A stretch of 64,000 nucleotides of DNA, taken from positions 133,116,001 to 133,180,000 of the forward strand of contig NW_024704742.1 in NCBI RefSeq assembly GCF_018977255.1, written 5' to 3'. Below are positions 49,715 to 63,000 of the stretch, in pieces. The first letter of the stretch is position 1, and each line of letters opens with the position of its first letter. The notes under the pieces are model-generated. The model searched no databases. It was not told the DNA's origin and saw only the letters and a program-made list of their open reading frames with translations. The translations under genes were made by a program, and so were the position numbers. This DNA comes from Callorhinchus milii (Eukaryota).

Positions 49715-50085
49715 AACCACGGTTGATTGGCTCTGACCTTCTATCTATTCGTGCTCTCTGTTCCACTATCGGTGGCTGGGCTTTCAGCAACTACACCCCA
49801 AAGCTCTGGAAGACTCTTCCTCTATACTGCCACCTTGCCCCCTCCTTCCCCATCTTCAGACATCCTCTCTTAGGACATTCACCTTGGGACGTCCTCCCGA
49901 CGTGAAAGGCGCTATCCAAATGTAATTTCGTTGTTGTTGTTGTTCAGGTCGCGCCTGAAGACTTTCCTCTTCGATCGTGCCTACGGTCATCTCACCCCAG
50001 CTCAGCATGGTGCTCCATCACTGTCAAGCACTCTGGGACACTACCCTGCTTGAGGAGAACTATATAAAGGTAAGTTGTTGTTGAG
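49715..50085 (+). mobile_element. L2 (tail B) with nested type-A L2 mini-tail 49860-49942
   Basis: TTCAG direct repeats at 49855-49859 and 49943-49947 flank the insert. Confidence 0.75.
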
Positions 50086-50919
50086 GTTGTCAACCACTGA
50101 CATCAATGACTATCTAGTGTGTCAGTCTGGCTCACTTGGGAGCACTTTGGCTTCTGAGTTACAAGGTTGTGAGGTCAATTCCCTCATCACGACTTGAAAT
50201 CACATGGTTTTAGGTAGTTAAACTCCAGCAATATCCCAATGCACACTTTGGGTTCCCTTAGCCTTGGCTCTTGCCAACCTACGCCTAATACTCTATGGAG
50301 TTAGATAAGAAGGTTACGTCCGTCTAGCAGCCAATTGCGCACGGCAGTGTCCCACAAACAATCGTAGATATAATGAACAAATTATTATTTATTTATTTTG
50401 AAGGGATTATTTCTCCTGGAAAGTGATCCACCAATTGATTACTTATTACTAGGTAAACAGAAGCGTGTGGAGTAAGACATCTTGCCTAAAGTTTCGCCCT
50501 GCCTGGGAATCGAACCCAGGTCCTCTCATTTGCGCGGAGAGTGGTCTAACCAATACGCTACAGGAGACTCCACTCCAATATCAGTTTACAACCAGGTTCG
50601 TGGCCCCATAAATGAGAGCTTGAAAACAAACTCTTGTTGCGTTGTGATAGAAAGCAGACGTGTAAATTATTAGCCGTGCACCACATTTTGGCACAAGTAA
50701 GTGTACATAATCAATCGTGTGTGAAATAGACAGATGATCATAAGGTTAATACAGTAAGTCAAAGAACACACAGGCCTTTCCATTTAAACTTGCTGTTAAA
50801 GGGATACTTTGTGCTGAAGGGGATTTTATATGATTTAAAAGATTTAAAAGCTTGCATACAAATATCTTGGTTCATACACAGTATATTCAGGCAGGAATAT
50901 AAACAGCTGAAATGTTCTA

Positions 50920-51100
50920 TAATAATAATAATAATCCTTGCATTTGATATAGCGCTTTTCATGTCTTCTCGACATCTCAAAGCGCTTCACAGAATAGACT
51001 GTAAAGTGAATTGACTGTATATTTGTGGGCGAAACGCGGCAGCCAATTGCGTACAGCAGTGTCCCACAAACAGTCGTGGATTGAAAATGACCAATTTTAT
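50920..51100 (-). mobile_element. tRNA-Ala-family SINE 3' half, low divergence
   Basis: Near-consensus tail and 3' body. Confidence 0.85.
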
Positions 51101-51979
51101 TTTAACATCAAGCGCTTTAGGATTTCCTCCTGATGTGAAAGGAGCTATATTAATGTAAATTGTATTATACTGTATCTAGTACAGTAATATTAATAAATAA
51201 TAAATAATAATAATCTTGGCATTTTGCTGTTGGCACCTTGGGACGTCCTTATGATGTGAAAGGTGGTTTGTAAACATAAATTAGTATTGTGTATATGTAG
51301 GCTAAACACGACAGCCAAATTGCAGGCTGGTGTGTCGCGAGAAATAGTAGTGGGGCCACCATTGTTTATAATTATTATAATTGATTTGGGGAATGGAATC
51401 ACATCAGAGGTGTTCAGATTTGCCGGTGCCAGCAAATTGGGAGGAGAGGCAAATGGTGAGACTCAATGTCCATAAAGGAACTATCTTGAGACTCTGGAGG
51501 TAGAATGGTGGAAATTTACAGCGCAGAGGAAGGTCATTCAGCCCATCGTGCCTGTCGTGGTTCTTTGAAAGAGCACTCCATGACAGAAAGGTGGTAGATG
51601 CAGTTTAATAGGGGGCAATGAGATTTAACAGATGAAAAGGCGGTGCAGAATATATGTTAAATGGAAATGGACTTTGGCAGAAAGGTAATTCAAAACAAAC
51701 AGAAAATTGCATGGAATTTGATTTCCATATTTCAAGAGATATTAGATTCATTCTAGGATTTAAGCCGCAGAATCAAGAGGAAAGCTTGCCCTGACTAGGA
51801 ATTTTCTCCATAACTTTCTTCTTCAACAGAGAAGAGCAGAGAAGAAAGTGCCAGGTGGGGAGGAAGGAATTGATAGATGTATTTAAGATTATGAAGGGTT
51901 TTAGTAATTAGAGATTTAGGAAACTGTTTCTATCTTGTACGAAATTCAAGATTATTGTAGGACAACAAAATAGCGAATG

Positions 51980-52467
51980 TGTCAGCCTGGCTCACTCAGT
52001 AGCATCTTTCCTCAGAGTCAGAAAGTTGCAGGTTCAAACCCCATGTCAGGATTTTGAGCTCAGTGTCTCGGCAGACACTCCAGTTCAGTGCTGGGTGTGC
52101 ACTGCATTGTTGGAAGTGCAGTCCTACAGATGAAAAGACCTAGATCCTGCCTGTTCAGGTGGACATTAAAAATTCCATGGCACGATTTGAAAAGCAAAGG
52201 GCGTTTCCTCTGGCCAACAATCCCCCAGATTAAAAAAAAGTTGATTACAGTGCCTATTGCAGTGTGCAAATTGCCTGCAAAATAATATTAATCCTTGCGT
52301 ACGATATAGCACCTTATCACGCCTTCGAGAAATCTCAAAGGGCTTCACAGAATATACTGTAAAGGAAATACACAGATACTGCACTTCACAGTTAATCCCA
52401 TCAAACTCTTTTGAGAAGTCTCGATGATGTGATAAGCTTCTATATCAAAGGCAAGGATTATTATTAT
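51980..52467 (+). mobile_element. DeuSINE with an inverted SINE tail inserted (~52282-52363)
   Basis: Head GTGTCAGCCTGGCTCA, Deu GTTCAGGTGGACATTAAAAATTCCATGGCAC, tail. Confidence 0.75.
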
Positions 52468-53307
52468 TGCAAGAGATTAGGATATTCAGTGTAAAATTGA
52501 TGGGAATATAGAACACATGATCAGCACAGGTGTGGAATGACAAACTACAACATGCTTCAAAAAGGAACTAGATAAGCTCCGGTCCACTAAAAGATTGCTT
52601 GAATGGTAATAGTAATAATAATAATAATAATCCTTGCAATTTGATATAGTGCCTTATCGTGTTGTCAAGACATCTCAATGCGCTTTACACAATATACTGT
52701 AATGTGTTGAGACTGTGCGTATTTTGTGAGAAAACGTGGCAGCCATGGAGTGAATGATCAATTTTTTAATTGAGGGATTGTCAGCCAGGACACCGGGAGA
52801 AACTTTGTACTCTTTTCAAATAGAAATCTTTAACGTCCACCTGGACAGGCAGACAGGACCCCAGTTTAACAACTCATCCAAAGGGTTTTTGTGAGTGTGG
52901 CCCAGATGTGCTCCTGCCTGAAATTGTTCGAATTATGCTAGTATATTTACTCAAAATACAAATAACGCCTATCGAAATATACCAAACGGAATACAACTAA
53001 ATTACCTATTTGACCTTGCCATGTAACATTTCCCATATTCATATATAAAGATAATAAGCCTTGCTATGGTCCTTTATTATGTCATTGAGACGTCTCAAAG
53101 AGCTTCACAGAGTATATTGTAAAGTGAATTGATTGCATATTTTGTGGGCAAAATGCAGCAGCCAATTGCGCACAGCAGTATCCCACAAACAGTGATATGT
53201 CATAACAATAACATATATATTGTTATATAAGTCCCACACAATACATATGTTATAACAATAACATATATACATGTTGACCAAAAAGTTGTGAAATCTTTAT
53301 ATAAGAT

Positions 53308-53597
53308 TAATAATAATCCTTGCATTTGATATAGCATTTTTCACATCTTCTAGACGTTTCAAAGTGCTTCCCAGAATATACTGTAAAGTGTATTGACTGT
53401 ATATTTGAGGGTGAAACACGGCAGCCAATTGTGCACAGCAGTGTCCCACAAACAGTCGAGGATTAAAGTGACCAATTTTTTTTTCTTGAGGGATTATTAT
53501 CAGGCATGTAGAGTAAGGAAACTTGCCCAAAAGTTTCCCCCTTCCAGGAATCGAATCCAGGTCTCTCGCTTGCGAGGCAAGTGCTGTAACCACTGAT
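53308..53597 (-). mobile_element. tRNA-Ala-headed SINE, short form
   Basis: Short-form junction; anticodon loop CTCGCAA. Confidence 0.85.
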
Positions 53598-54464
53598 TAT
53601 TGCAATAATTATTAGACATTACAATGCTTTTCAAAAAATAATAGGGTAGATATCATGCCTTTTTGGTCACCATGAATGTATATATTATATACATACATAT
53701 GTTATATGCAATATGTTATTGTCATGTTCATATGTTATAACAATAACATCGTTTTAATGTTTTGGGTCTATAAATCTTGGAGACTGTGATTTTTTAAATT
53801 GGTAATTTACATAATGAAGCATTACGTTTGACTTTGGAAAAACAGTGAAGAGGTCAGCGGGGAAAACATGAAGTGACCAGCGATTCTGTAAGTAAGTGGT
53901 TTAGACGTCCGCTTCCACTTTGTAGGCACAGTCACATAATCGCACGAGCCTTTGCTTATTTGAAATGGAAACGCTATATACATTAGTGATTTCCTGCTTA
54001 CTCAGTTCATAGCTTTGTGATCTCAAGTTTCGCGGCCAGATGTTCCTCAGATTGTTTTTGCTGGTGTAAATTCCTTATGATGGATGGAGATAATTCGTGC
54101 TGGTAGAGCATTGTTTGCAAGGGTGAAATCTAATACCCAATCTGCAAATATTAATACATAAATCTTCCATGTGAAATACCAATTAAGACTCCTGAGGGAT
54201 GCATTTTCGTTAGGTTTTGGTTCACGTGTGCTCTCATTCAGCTGAAGAAGGTCAGTGCATGGGGGGAGAGGAATACTTTCTGTTCTGTACTCACCCAGCG
54301 CCAGACCTGATAAGAGCCAGTCACAAGACATTTCTCTACATCTCTACTGCACCCCGACAACATGTCTGAACATGGGATTAGCAACCTCAATCCCCCGCAT
54401 TTGTCTACAAATACAGTCACTGCACATTGTCGTAAAACTCTGCAAGACCTCTGAGATGTCACAA

Positions 54465-54606
54465 AGGTACTTGAAAATGAAAAACTTGCAAGGATATGGC
54501 GAAAGAGCAGGGAAGCAGGACTGATTGGATAACTCTTCCAAAGAACCGGCACAGGCACGATGGGCCGAATGGCCTCCATCTGTGCTGTAACACTCTATGA
54601 TTCTAT
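54465..54606 (+). mobile_element. CR1 3' terminus
   Basis: Matches 4660-4800; ends CTCTATGATTCTATG. Confidence 0.8.
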
Positions 54607-56487
54607 GGCGTGTTACGGCACTATATTAATATTATTGCCTCCAACACCACAGTGCCTCTCGTCATTTCCCTGACCGTGTCCGCTCACACAATACAGTGTT
54701 AATGCGTCGCCTTGTAAGCAAGAGGACCCAGGTTCGATTCCTGGGCAGGGCGAAACCTTAGGCAAGTTTCCTAACTACACACGCCTCTGTTTACCTAGCA
54801 GTAAGTAGGAACCCAGTTTTTAGTCGATTGGTGGATCACTTTCTGTAGGTAATAATTCCTCAAAAAAAAATTGGTCACTCAGTCCACGACTGTAAATAGT
54901 GCCATAAATCCATTGGATCCTCAAATTTCTCTGCCATCTAAAACATGCCCGAGTGAAGATGTTAGCCCCATAAACAGAGAAATGAACATGACTCAAGGAA
55001 TAACCACAAACATTTTAAGAATGGAAATAATGGTAGCCTTATGCAAATCATTGTCACCAGCAGCACCCTGAAGGTGGGCTCTGATTCACATCTCATCCAA
55101 AAGATGGCACCTCCAACAATGCAGGGTTCCTACCCAGCACAACATTGGAGCATCAGCCTAGACTGAGGTGACATTTGAAACCCCACTGACCTGAGTGCTT
55201 CACATCGACTGCCCTATCCTTCCTAATGCTGGCTGGGGGGACTGTTTGTGGGACATTGTTGTGTGCAATTGGCTGCCGCGTTCGCCCACAAATATAGAGT
55301 CAATTCACTTTACAGTGTGTTCTGTGAAGCGCTTTGGGACGTCCTCCCGACGTGAAAAGCGCTATATCAAATGCAAGGATTATTATTATTATTATTATTA
55401 TCTGTCTCAAGACAGTCATTTTAGCCTTTCCAACACTCACACACCCCTTGGCTCTCACCACCAGCTCAGGTGACAAGCCATTATTCTTAAATAATAATAA
55501 TATTCCTTCAATTTGATATAGATGCTTATCACATCTTTGAGATGTCTTAAAGTGAATTGACTTTATGTTTTATGTCCGAAGATTAAGCGCCTTGGGACGT
55601 CCTTCTGACGGAAAAGGCACTGTATAAATGTAAATTTGTGTTGTATTAAGCGTGTCTCAGCAGAGGTGAGTGCTACCAACCTAGGCAGGTCGACACACAA
55701 GAAGCATGAAGTGCAGAGCTGAGGGCAGTGATCATTTGTACCTGGACTTAAGCAACCTGAGGCAAGATTGAACAGTTGGGACTGCAGGTGATTTCTAAAC
55801 AGGAGCAAATTGGTTTTGATGCCTTTGATGTGTTGCACAGTGGGTATTAGCATGAAATATCAGGATTTAAGGATTTACATGCAACAGTTTTATAATCCGT
55901 GCGGTAGAACTGAATTGGATGGATTTATCCCAAGTAATTCCAACTAAAACCAAAGCCAATCTCTAGTTAATAACAGGCAGGCTCCTGGAAAGCAGCTTGA
56001 TAGCATAATTTTTGAAGGGGAATAATGATTGCAAATAATTTCCTGTAGTGAGTAATGTTTCGTGAATTGTAATCAAACCTTGACCTCCATCCAAGATTTC
56101 AAGTATTTTTGATTCAGTCATTACAAGGCATTAATTTAAGTGCAACACTGGGCTCTAACCAATCACTGTGGAAACAAAAAATCACAAACTTTAGGATTTA
56201 TTAGCTTCGGGAAACAAAGCAATAACTGAGCCCTTTGTTCTCTTTAAGAAAGAATGTGACACAGAGGTTGACCAGCCTAAGACGAGGTGGAATTTTTGGC
56301 CTCTGGTGCGTACCCTGGTCTGCCTGACTCAGTTGGTAGCCTCTGAGTAAGAGGCCGGTGGGTTCAAGCCATACTTAGGGACTTTGAGTATAAGCTGAGG
56401 CACAAGTACAGTGTTGGGGTTGGGGGGCTCTGCACTGTACCGATGACCAATGACACGGTCAAAGAGATAGATCTTGAGACTCACCGT

Positions 56488-56847
56488 GTGTGGTTCTGTA
56501 GCGTATTGGTTAGAGCACTCGCCTCGCAAGCGAGAGAACTTGGGTTCCATTCCTGGGCAGGGTGAAACCTTAGGCAAGTTTCCTTACTCCACATGCCTCT
56601 GTTTACCTAGCAATAAGTAGGAATCACCTTTCCGGGGGTAATAATCCCTTCAAAGGTAAAAATAAATAAAAATACTTTGGCACTCAATCCACAACTGCTT
56701 ATGGGATACTGCTGTGTGCAAATGGCTGCCACATTTGCCCACAAAATATACAGTTAATTCACTGTACAGGATATCCTGGGAAGCGCTTTAAAACGTTTTG
56801 AAGATGTGATCAGGCACTATATCAAATGCAAGGCTTATAATTATTAA
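56488..56847 (+). mobile_element. tRNA-Ala-headed SINE, full form
   Basis: CTCGC-CTCGCAA-GCGAG arm (CGC anticodon), centre and tail. Confidence 0.9.
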
Positions 56848-56872
56848 TAGAAGTGATGGAGCGAATCAGAGG

Positions 56873-57672
56873 TAATAATAATAATCCTTGCATTTGATAT
56901 AGTGCTTTTCACATTTTCTAGACGTCTCAAAACGCTTCACAGAATATATATAAAGTGAATTGACTGTATATTTGTGGGCGAAATGTGGCAGCCAATTGCA
57001 CACAGCAGTGTCCCACAAACAGTCGTGTATTAAGTGACAAATTTTTTTTTTAAAAAGGATTAGTATCCCTGTAAAAGCGACCCACCGATTGACTAACAAC
57101 CGGGCTCCTACTTACTGCTAGGTAAACAGAGGTATGTGGAGTAAGGAAAATTGCCCAACAATTCACCCTGCTGGGAAATGAGCCTAGGAGTCTCGCTTGC
57201 TGGTCCAAAATCCTGGTCCTCATATAAAAAGCCCTCCATGGCCTCGTCCCGCCCTACTCTGCGACCTGCTAACCCTCTACCAATCCACCCGTTCTCTCCG
57301 CTCAGCCAGCTCTGGCCTGCTTCACATCCCCTGACCCACCCGCCCCACCATTGGTGGGAGAGCCTTCAGCCACTCTGCCCCCAATCTCTGGAATTCCATC
57401 CCTCAGTCACTCCGCCTCGCCCCCTCCTTAGTCTCCTTCAAGTCCCGCCTCAAGATCCTCCTCTTCGACCATGCCATCGGCCACCCCACTTCCCCTCCCC
57501 TCCCTTACCCCCCAACCCCAGCTCAGGTCTGAAATGCTGTTCTCTGTCCAGCGCCTTGGGATGTCCTCCCGACGTGAAAGGCGCTACACAAATGTAATCT
57601 TGCTGCTGTTGTTGTTGTTGTCGTTGTTGTTGCGAGGTAAGTGCTCTAACCACTGAGCTACAGAATTCTACA
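56873..57672 (-). mobile_element. tRNA-Ala-headed SINE with + strand L2 fragment (57201-57629) inserted in the anticodon loop
   Basis: CTCGCTTGC|L2..(TTG)n|TTGCGAGG..CTAACCACTGAGCTACAG. Confidence 0.85.
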
Positions 57673-58675
57673 ACATTCTGGGATGGAGTTCCAGAGATTG
57701 GTGGCAGAAAAGCTGAAAGCCTTTACACTACACACTTTACAGTAAATGCTGTAGTTCAAGACGTCCTCCTGTCATGAAATGCACCCATGTTCAGGCAGGC
57801 AGGTTTATCATCTCATCTGAAGGATATGACTTCCAATACTGCAGCGCTCCCCTCGCATTGCATTGGACACAATATGAGCTGAAAGTGTTGACTTGAGACT
57901 TGAACCCACAACCTTCTGACTCAGAGGCAAAAGAGTGCTACCGACTGAGCCAGACTAACACACAAAGCAATGTTGAAGCAGAGCCCACAAATTATTTTAA
58001 AAGAGAAATTGCATAGATGCTTTGACAACAACAACAACTTGCATGGGGAGCGAGCAGGGACGAGGGGATTATTTGAAATTTACCAAAACAGCAAAGGGAG
58101 AGTTCAGTGAAAATGTTTGCGCAGATTGTTGTTAGGATGTGGAATGCCTGACTTGGAACTGTGGTTGAGGCAGAATCTATATTTGATTTTTAGGAGGTCA
58201 ATTCCTGAAAAGGAGGAACATAAAAGGGAAAGAGCAGGAAAATTGGATTGAACAACAGCCCTTTCACAGAGCCAGCACAAGCACAACGTGCCAAATGGCT
58301 CCCTTCCATGCTATAAAAAAAATCGCGGCAGACTTGATGGTAATAATAATAGAAATCCTCCTTGCATTTAATATACTGTATGGTGCAACTCACATCAGGA
58401 GAATGTCTTAAAGCGCCTCCAAAGGAGTTTACTGCAAAGTGGAGTGACTGCATTTTGTGGGTGAATGTGGCAGCCAATATGTACAGAGCAATGTCTCCCA
58501 CAAACGACCATGAAGTGAGTGACTGATTTCATCAAGTTGGCAGATTGGATGGCCAGCTTCTGTGAGGTGACATTGTGATGGGGGGAAAATCAATGTCAGT
58601 CACAAACACATGCTCTGCGAAATGCCACAAACTTCACTCCTGTGATCCTTCCAACAAATATTCCCGACAGATTTC

Positions 58676-59040
58676 ATAATAATAATAATTCTTGCATTTA
58701 TTATGGCATCTTACCACGTCGTTGAAACGTTTCAAAGTGCTTCACAGAATATATTGTAAAGTGGTTTGACTGTGTATTTTGTGGGCAAAACCCGGCAGCC
58801 AATTGTGCACAACCGTGTCCCACAAACAGAAGTGGATCAAGTGGATCAAATTATTTTTGAGGGATAATTATCTCTGGAAAGCGGTCCATCAATCGACTAC
58901 CAACCAGGTTATTACTTCTAGGTAAACAGACGCGAGTGGAGTAAGGAAATTTTCCAAAGGTTTTGACCCGTCCGGGAATCAAACCCTGGTCCTCTCTCTT
59001 GCGAGGCAAGCACACTAACCACTATGCTACAGGACTCCAC
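58676..59040 (-). mobile_element. tRNA-Ala-headed SINE, full form, with flanking 15-bp direct repeats
   Basis: ATATTCCCGACAGAT (58658-58672) and ATATTCCTGACAGAT (59043-59057). Confidence 0.85.
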
Positions 59041-59073
59041 ACATATTCCTGACAGATATTCCTTACGATCTCT

Positions 59074-59342
59074 TCAGCCGGAGGCAGCCTCCCCTTTCCA
59101 GCCCCCTGTTCTCCCTCTCGTTCACGGCAGCTTGCCCATCTCCAGCCAGGAACTTGCATGTCATGGTGCGGATGTTGTTTTTAAATATTGAAGAACAAGA
59201 ATCAGGCTTCACTCATCGCATCCGACGCCGCTGGAAACATGCATAAAACATGCACGAGACCCCATGACCTTCATTTGTATCAGAGCTACAAAACGGAAAA
59301 ATTAATGAGACATCTGTTCCGTGTATAGCTGCCTCCGGCTGA
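59074..59342. mobile_element. Putative MITE or fold-back with a perfect 15-bp terminal inverted repeat
   Basis: TCAGCCGGAGGCAGC (59074-59088) and GCTGCCTCCGGCTGA (59328-59342). Confidence 0.55.
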
Positions 59343-59564
59343 GCCCAATGTTTCTGACACTTATGCAAACAAATGCTATTTATGTTAATTAAATTAGCAT
59401 TCGGGGATTGATTTTATTAAACAGATTCTGGGTGAGTTGCTCTCCTGCCCGGGACACTTTTTTTATTTAACCTGAAGATGGGCTTTGCGGGTGGGCATGA
59501 ATGAAATGTGAAACAGCATTTAGGTCAAACTCCTCTGATGGTTCAGTGGGTTTATTCTGGACCT

Positions 59565-60043
59565 ACCATGTCTTCTCCCACACCAGGCTCCATGACACTA
59601 CCACCCCCATCCTCGCCCGGCTCCATTGGCTTCCCATCCCCCAGAGGATTAAGTTCAAAATCTTCGTCCTTGCCCTCCACGGACTTGCATCTTCCTACCT
59701 CTGTGACCTGCTAACCTGTCCCCTCCCTCTACTCAGCAGACTCTGGTCTGCTCCACATCCCCCAACTTGCCGTCCCCCCCGTTGGCGATCGGGCCTTCAG
59801 CCTTTTTGGCCCCACCCTTTGGAACTCCATCCCACATTCCCTTCGCCTACCTCCCTCCCTTGCCTCGTTCAACGCCTGCCTTAAGACCTTTTTCTTCGAC
59901 AACACCTTCAGTCACCCTCCATGCCCTCCACCTCTTCGGATCCCAAACCCCAGGTCAGGTGCACATCGTTGACTGTCCAACATCTTGGGACGTCCTCCCA
60001 AAGTGAGAAGCGCCTTACAAATTTAATTTGTTGTTATTGTTGC
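59565..60043 (+). mobile_element. L2 3' fragment, tail A
   Basis: HTRLHDTTTPILARLHWLPIPQRIKFKIFVL in ORF 59501-59884. Confidence 0.85.
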
Positions 60044-60494
60044 TGAGGCGAACAGACAAAGAGGTTACAACAGGCTCAAACCCTCCATTGTTCAGTGTTC
60101 ATACCTAATAAGAGGAAAAAATGTTTTATGATCCTTGCATTTTATATCGTGCTTTCACATTGGGAGGACGTCTCAAAATGCTTCCTTGAGATTTATTGTT
60201 AAAGTGTCGTGACTCTAGTTTGTAGGCAAATGCAGCAGCCAATTTGCACATGGCAATATTCCACAAACAGCCATATATTGAGTGACTAATTTTATTTGGG
60301 GGATTGTTGACCAGGATACCGGGAGAAACGCCTTACTTTTTTTGAATAGTGCCATGAAATCTTTAACTTCCACCTTAACAGACAGATGGGACCTAGGTTT
60401 TAACTTCTTATCCGAAGGATAGAACCTCTGACATTGTGAACTTTGACAGTCAGTATACATGCTCTTGTCCTCAGTCCATCAATTCAGGTTTGAA

Positions 60495-61600
60495 CAACAA
60501 CAACAACAACAAAATTACATTTGTATAGCTCCTTTCACATTGGGAGGACGTCCCATGGCGCTGGATAGATAGAGTTTCGGACCCGAGCTGAGGGTCAGGG
60601 TCAGGGTGGGTGGAGGACAGGGGGTGAAGCAGGGAGATCGAAAGCACGGTCAAAGAGGGTCTTGAGATGAGTCTTGAAGGTTGTAATAATAATAATAATA
60701 ATAATAATAATCCTTGCATTTGATATAGCGCTTTTCACGTCGGGAGGACGTCCCAAAGCGCTTCACAGAATATACTGTAAAGTGAATTGACTGTATATTT
60801 GTGGGCGAACGCGGCAGCCAATTGCGCACAGCAATGTCCCACAAACAGTCGTAGATTGAAAATGACCAATTTATTATTGTTTTTGGTTTTGGAGGGAGGG
60901 GCGAGGTGGAAAGACTGCGGGATAGGATTCCAGAGGGTGTTAGCAGAGTGGCAGAAGGCCCGTCCTCCAATAGTGGGTCGAGTGAGGCGGGGTGCATGAA
61001 GCAGGCCAGAGCCCGCTGAGTGGAGGAAGCGAGCAGGATGGTAGGGGGTTAGGAGGTCGCAGAGGTAGGGGGGAGCAAGACCATGGAGGGCTTTGAAGGT
61101 GAGGACCAGGATCTTGCAATGTATCCACTGTTTGTTGGGAAGCTAGAGGAGTCGGGCGAGGATGGAGGTGATAGGGTCACGGAGCCTGGTGCAGGAGAGG
61201 ACACGAGCTGCAGAGTTCTGGATGATCTGCAGCCTATGTAGGGAGATGCTGGGAGGCCTACAAGCAATGAGTTTGCATAGTCAAGCCGTGATGTATGATG
61301 GTTTCGGCGGCCTGTGGTGTGAGACAGTGTCGGAGCTGGGCGATGTTGCGGAGGTGGGGGAAGGCAGAGCGAGTCATGGCGCAGATGTGGGTTAGAAAGG
61401 ATAGTTGAGGGTCAAACAAGACCCCAAGGTTCCGGACTGGCTTAACAAGGTGGAGTTTGCAACCATGGATGGTGATTCCGTCAGTGCCTGAGGTGAGGAG
61501 GCACTGGCGGGAACAAATCAGGAGAGCCTCGGTCTTGTTGAAGTTCAACTGAGAAAATTAGCTCTCATTCAATTGATGTCTGACAAACGTTCTGTCGGAC
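60495..61600 (-). mobile_element. L2 fragment with a SINE 3' half inserted (~60683-60890)
   Basis: [25 protein letters not shown] reading; (TTG)n tail at ~60495. Confidence 0.88.
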
Positions 61601-62679
61601 ATCATGTCCTGGATGAAGCTGGGAAGATAAATGGGGATTATAGATCACTTCCAATGGTGTAACTGAGAGGCAAAAGCTTTCAACGTTGAAAGGGAATTAG
61701 ATACAGTAAATACCTAAAAAGGTGTAAGTTTCAGGGGTAATGGAAAAGGGTAGGTAAACAGGACTGAAAGGATTGGCTCATGTCCCCCACCCGGCCTGCC
61801 CTACCATCAACAGTTGGGCCTTCAGCCTCTCTGACTCCACCTTTTTGGAACCCCATATAACAGTCTATTCGCCTCCCTTGCCTCCTCCATGGCATGTCTC
61901 AAGACCCTCCTCTTTGACCGTGCCTTCAGTCACACTTCTATCCCTACGCTCCCTGCCTCCACCCTCCTGATCCCAACCCCCTCTTCAGATCCAAATCCCT
62001 GACTGTCCAGCACCTTGGTATGTCCCCCAGACTGTGGAACTCTATCCCACAATCCCTCCGCCTCACGCCCTCTCTTGCCTCCTTCAAGTCCCATCTAAAG
62101 ACCTTCCTCTTCGACCATGGCTTCAGCCATCCTCCCACCCCCAACTACCCTTGCTCTCCACCCCTCCTGACCCAACTCCCAGCTCGGGTCCAAAAACCCC
62201 TGACTCTCCAGTACCTTGGACCATCCATTCACTTCATGGCTGTTTGTGGAACATTGCTGTGCATAAATTGGCTGCCATGGTCATCTATAAAATACAGTTA
62301 AAATAAATTACATGTCATAGTGAAGCGCTTTCAGACATCTCAACGATGCAAAAAGGGATTACATTAGATGCAAAACTCAAGGATTGTTGTTTTACAGTCC
62401 AATACATCAGTCCTGCCACCAATTTCTGTATTATTACTGAAACATTCGTCAGGCAGAGCTGCAGATGTGATGTCTTTGCTTATAAACATAAATCTCACTT
62501 ATAAACACCGAACATTCCCACAGTCCAAAGCTCAGCTCGGTATTTATAAACATCCAGCAAGCTGACTGTCCATCAGTCCAAGCTCCGAGTATAAACATGT
62601 ACTCGTTCAGATTGAGTTTATAAATTGGGGAGCAACTACCTTAGACTGCCCTTGTGTGCAGTGCCAAGGAGGGATTGAG

Positions 62680-63000
62680 ATATAAGAACATAATAACATA
62701 AGAAATTGCTAGGCTAAAGAAGATCATGGTCCATCTAGTTCGTCTTCACCACCATATTGTACCCCAAGATATTATTTTCTAACAGAAATCTGTCTAAGTT
62801 GTTCTTGAAAGAATCAACGCTTTCTGCTTCCATCGTTTCACTAGGGAGCCTGTTTCATATGTCTATTTCTCGCTCACTGAAGTAGTGTTTCCGCAAATTT
62901 GTTCTGAATTTATCCCACTTCAATCGCAGGCCGTGTCCTCTGGTTCTACTGTTCAGTACAAGATAAAACAGGACTTATCGTGGTCTACATTTTCCAGTCC
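62680..63000 (-). mobile_element. CR1-type 3' end
   Basis: Tail repeats ATAAGAACATAATAACATAAGAA and a CR1 3' UTR-like block. Confidence 0.6.
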
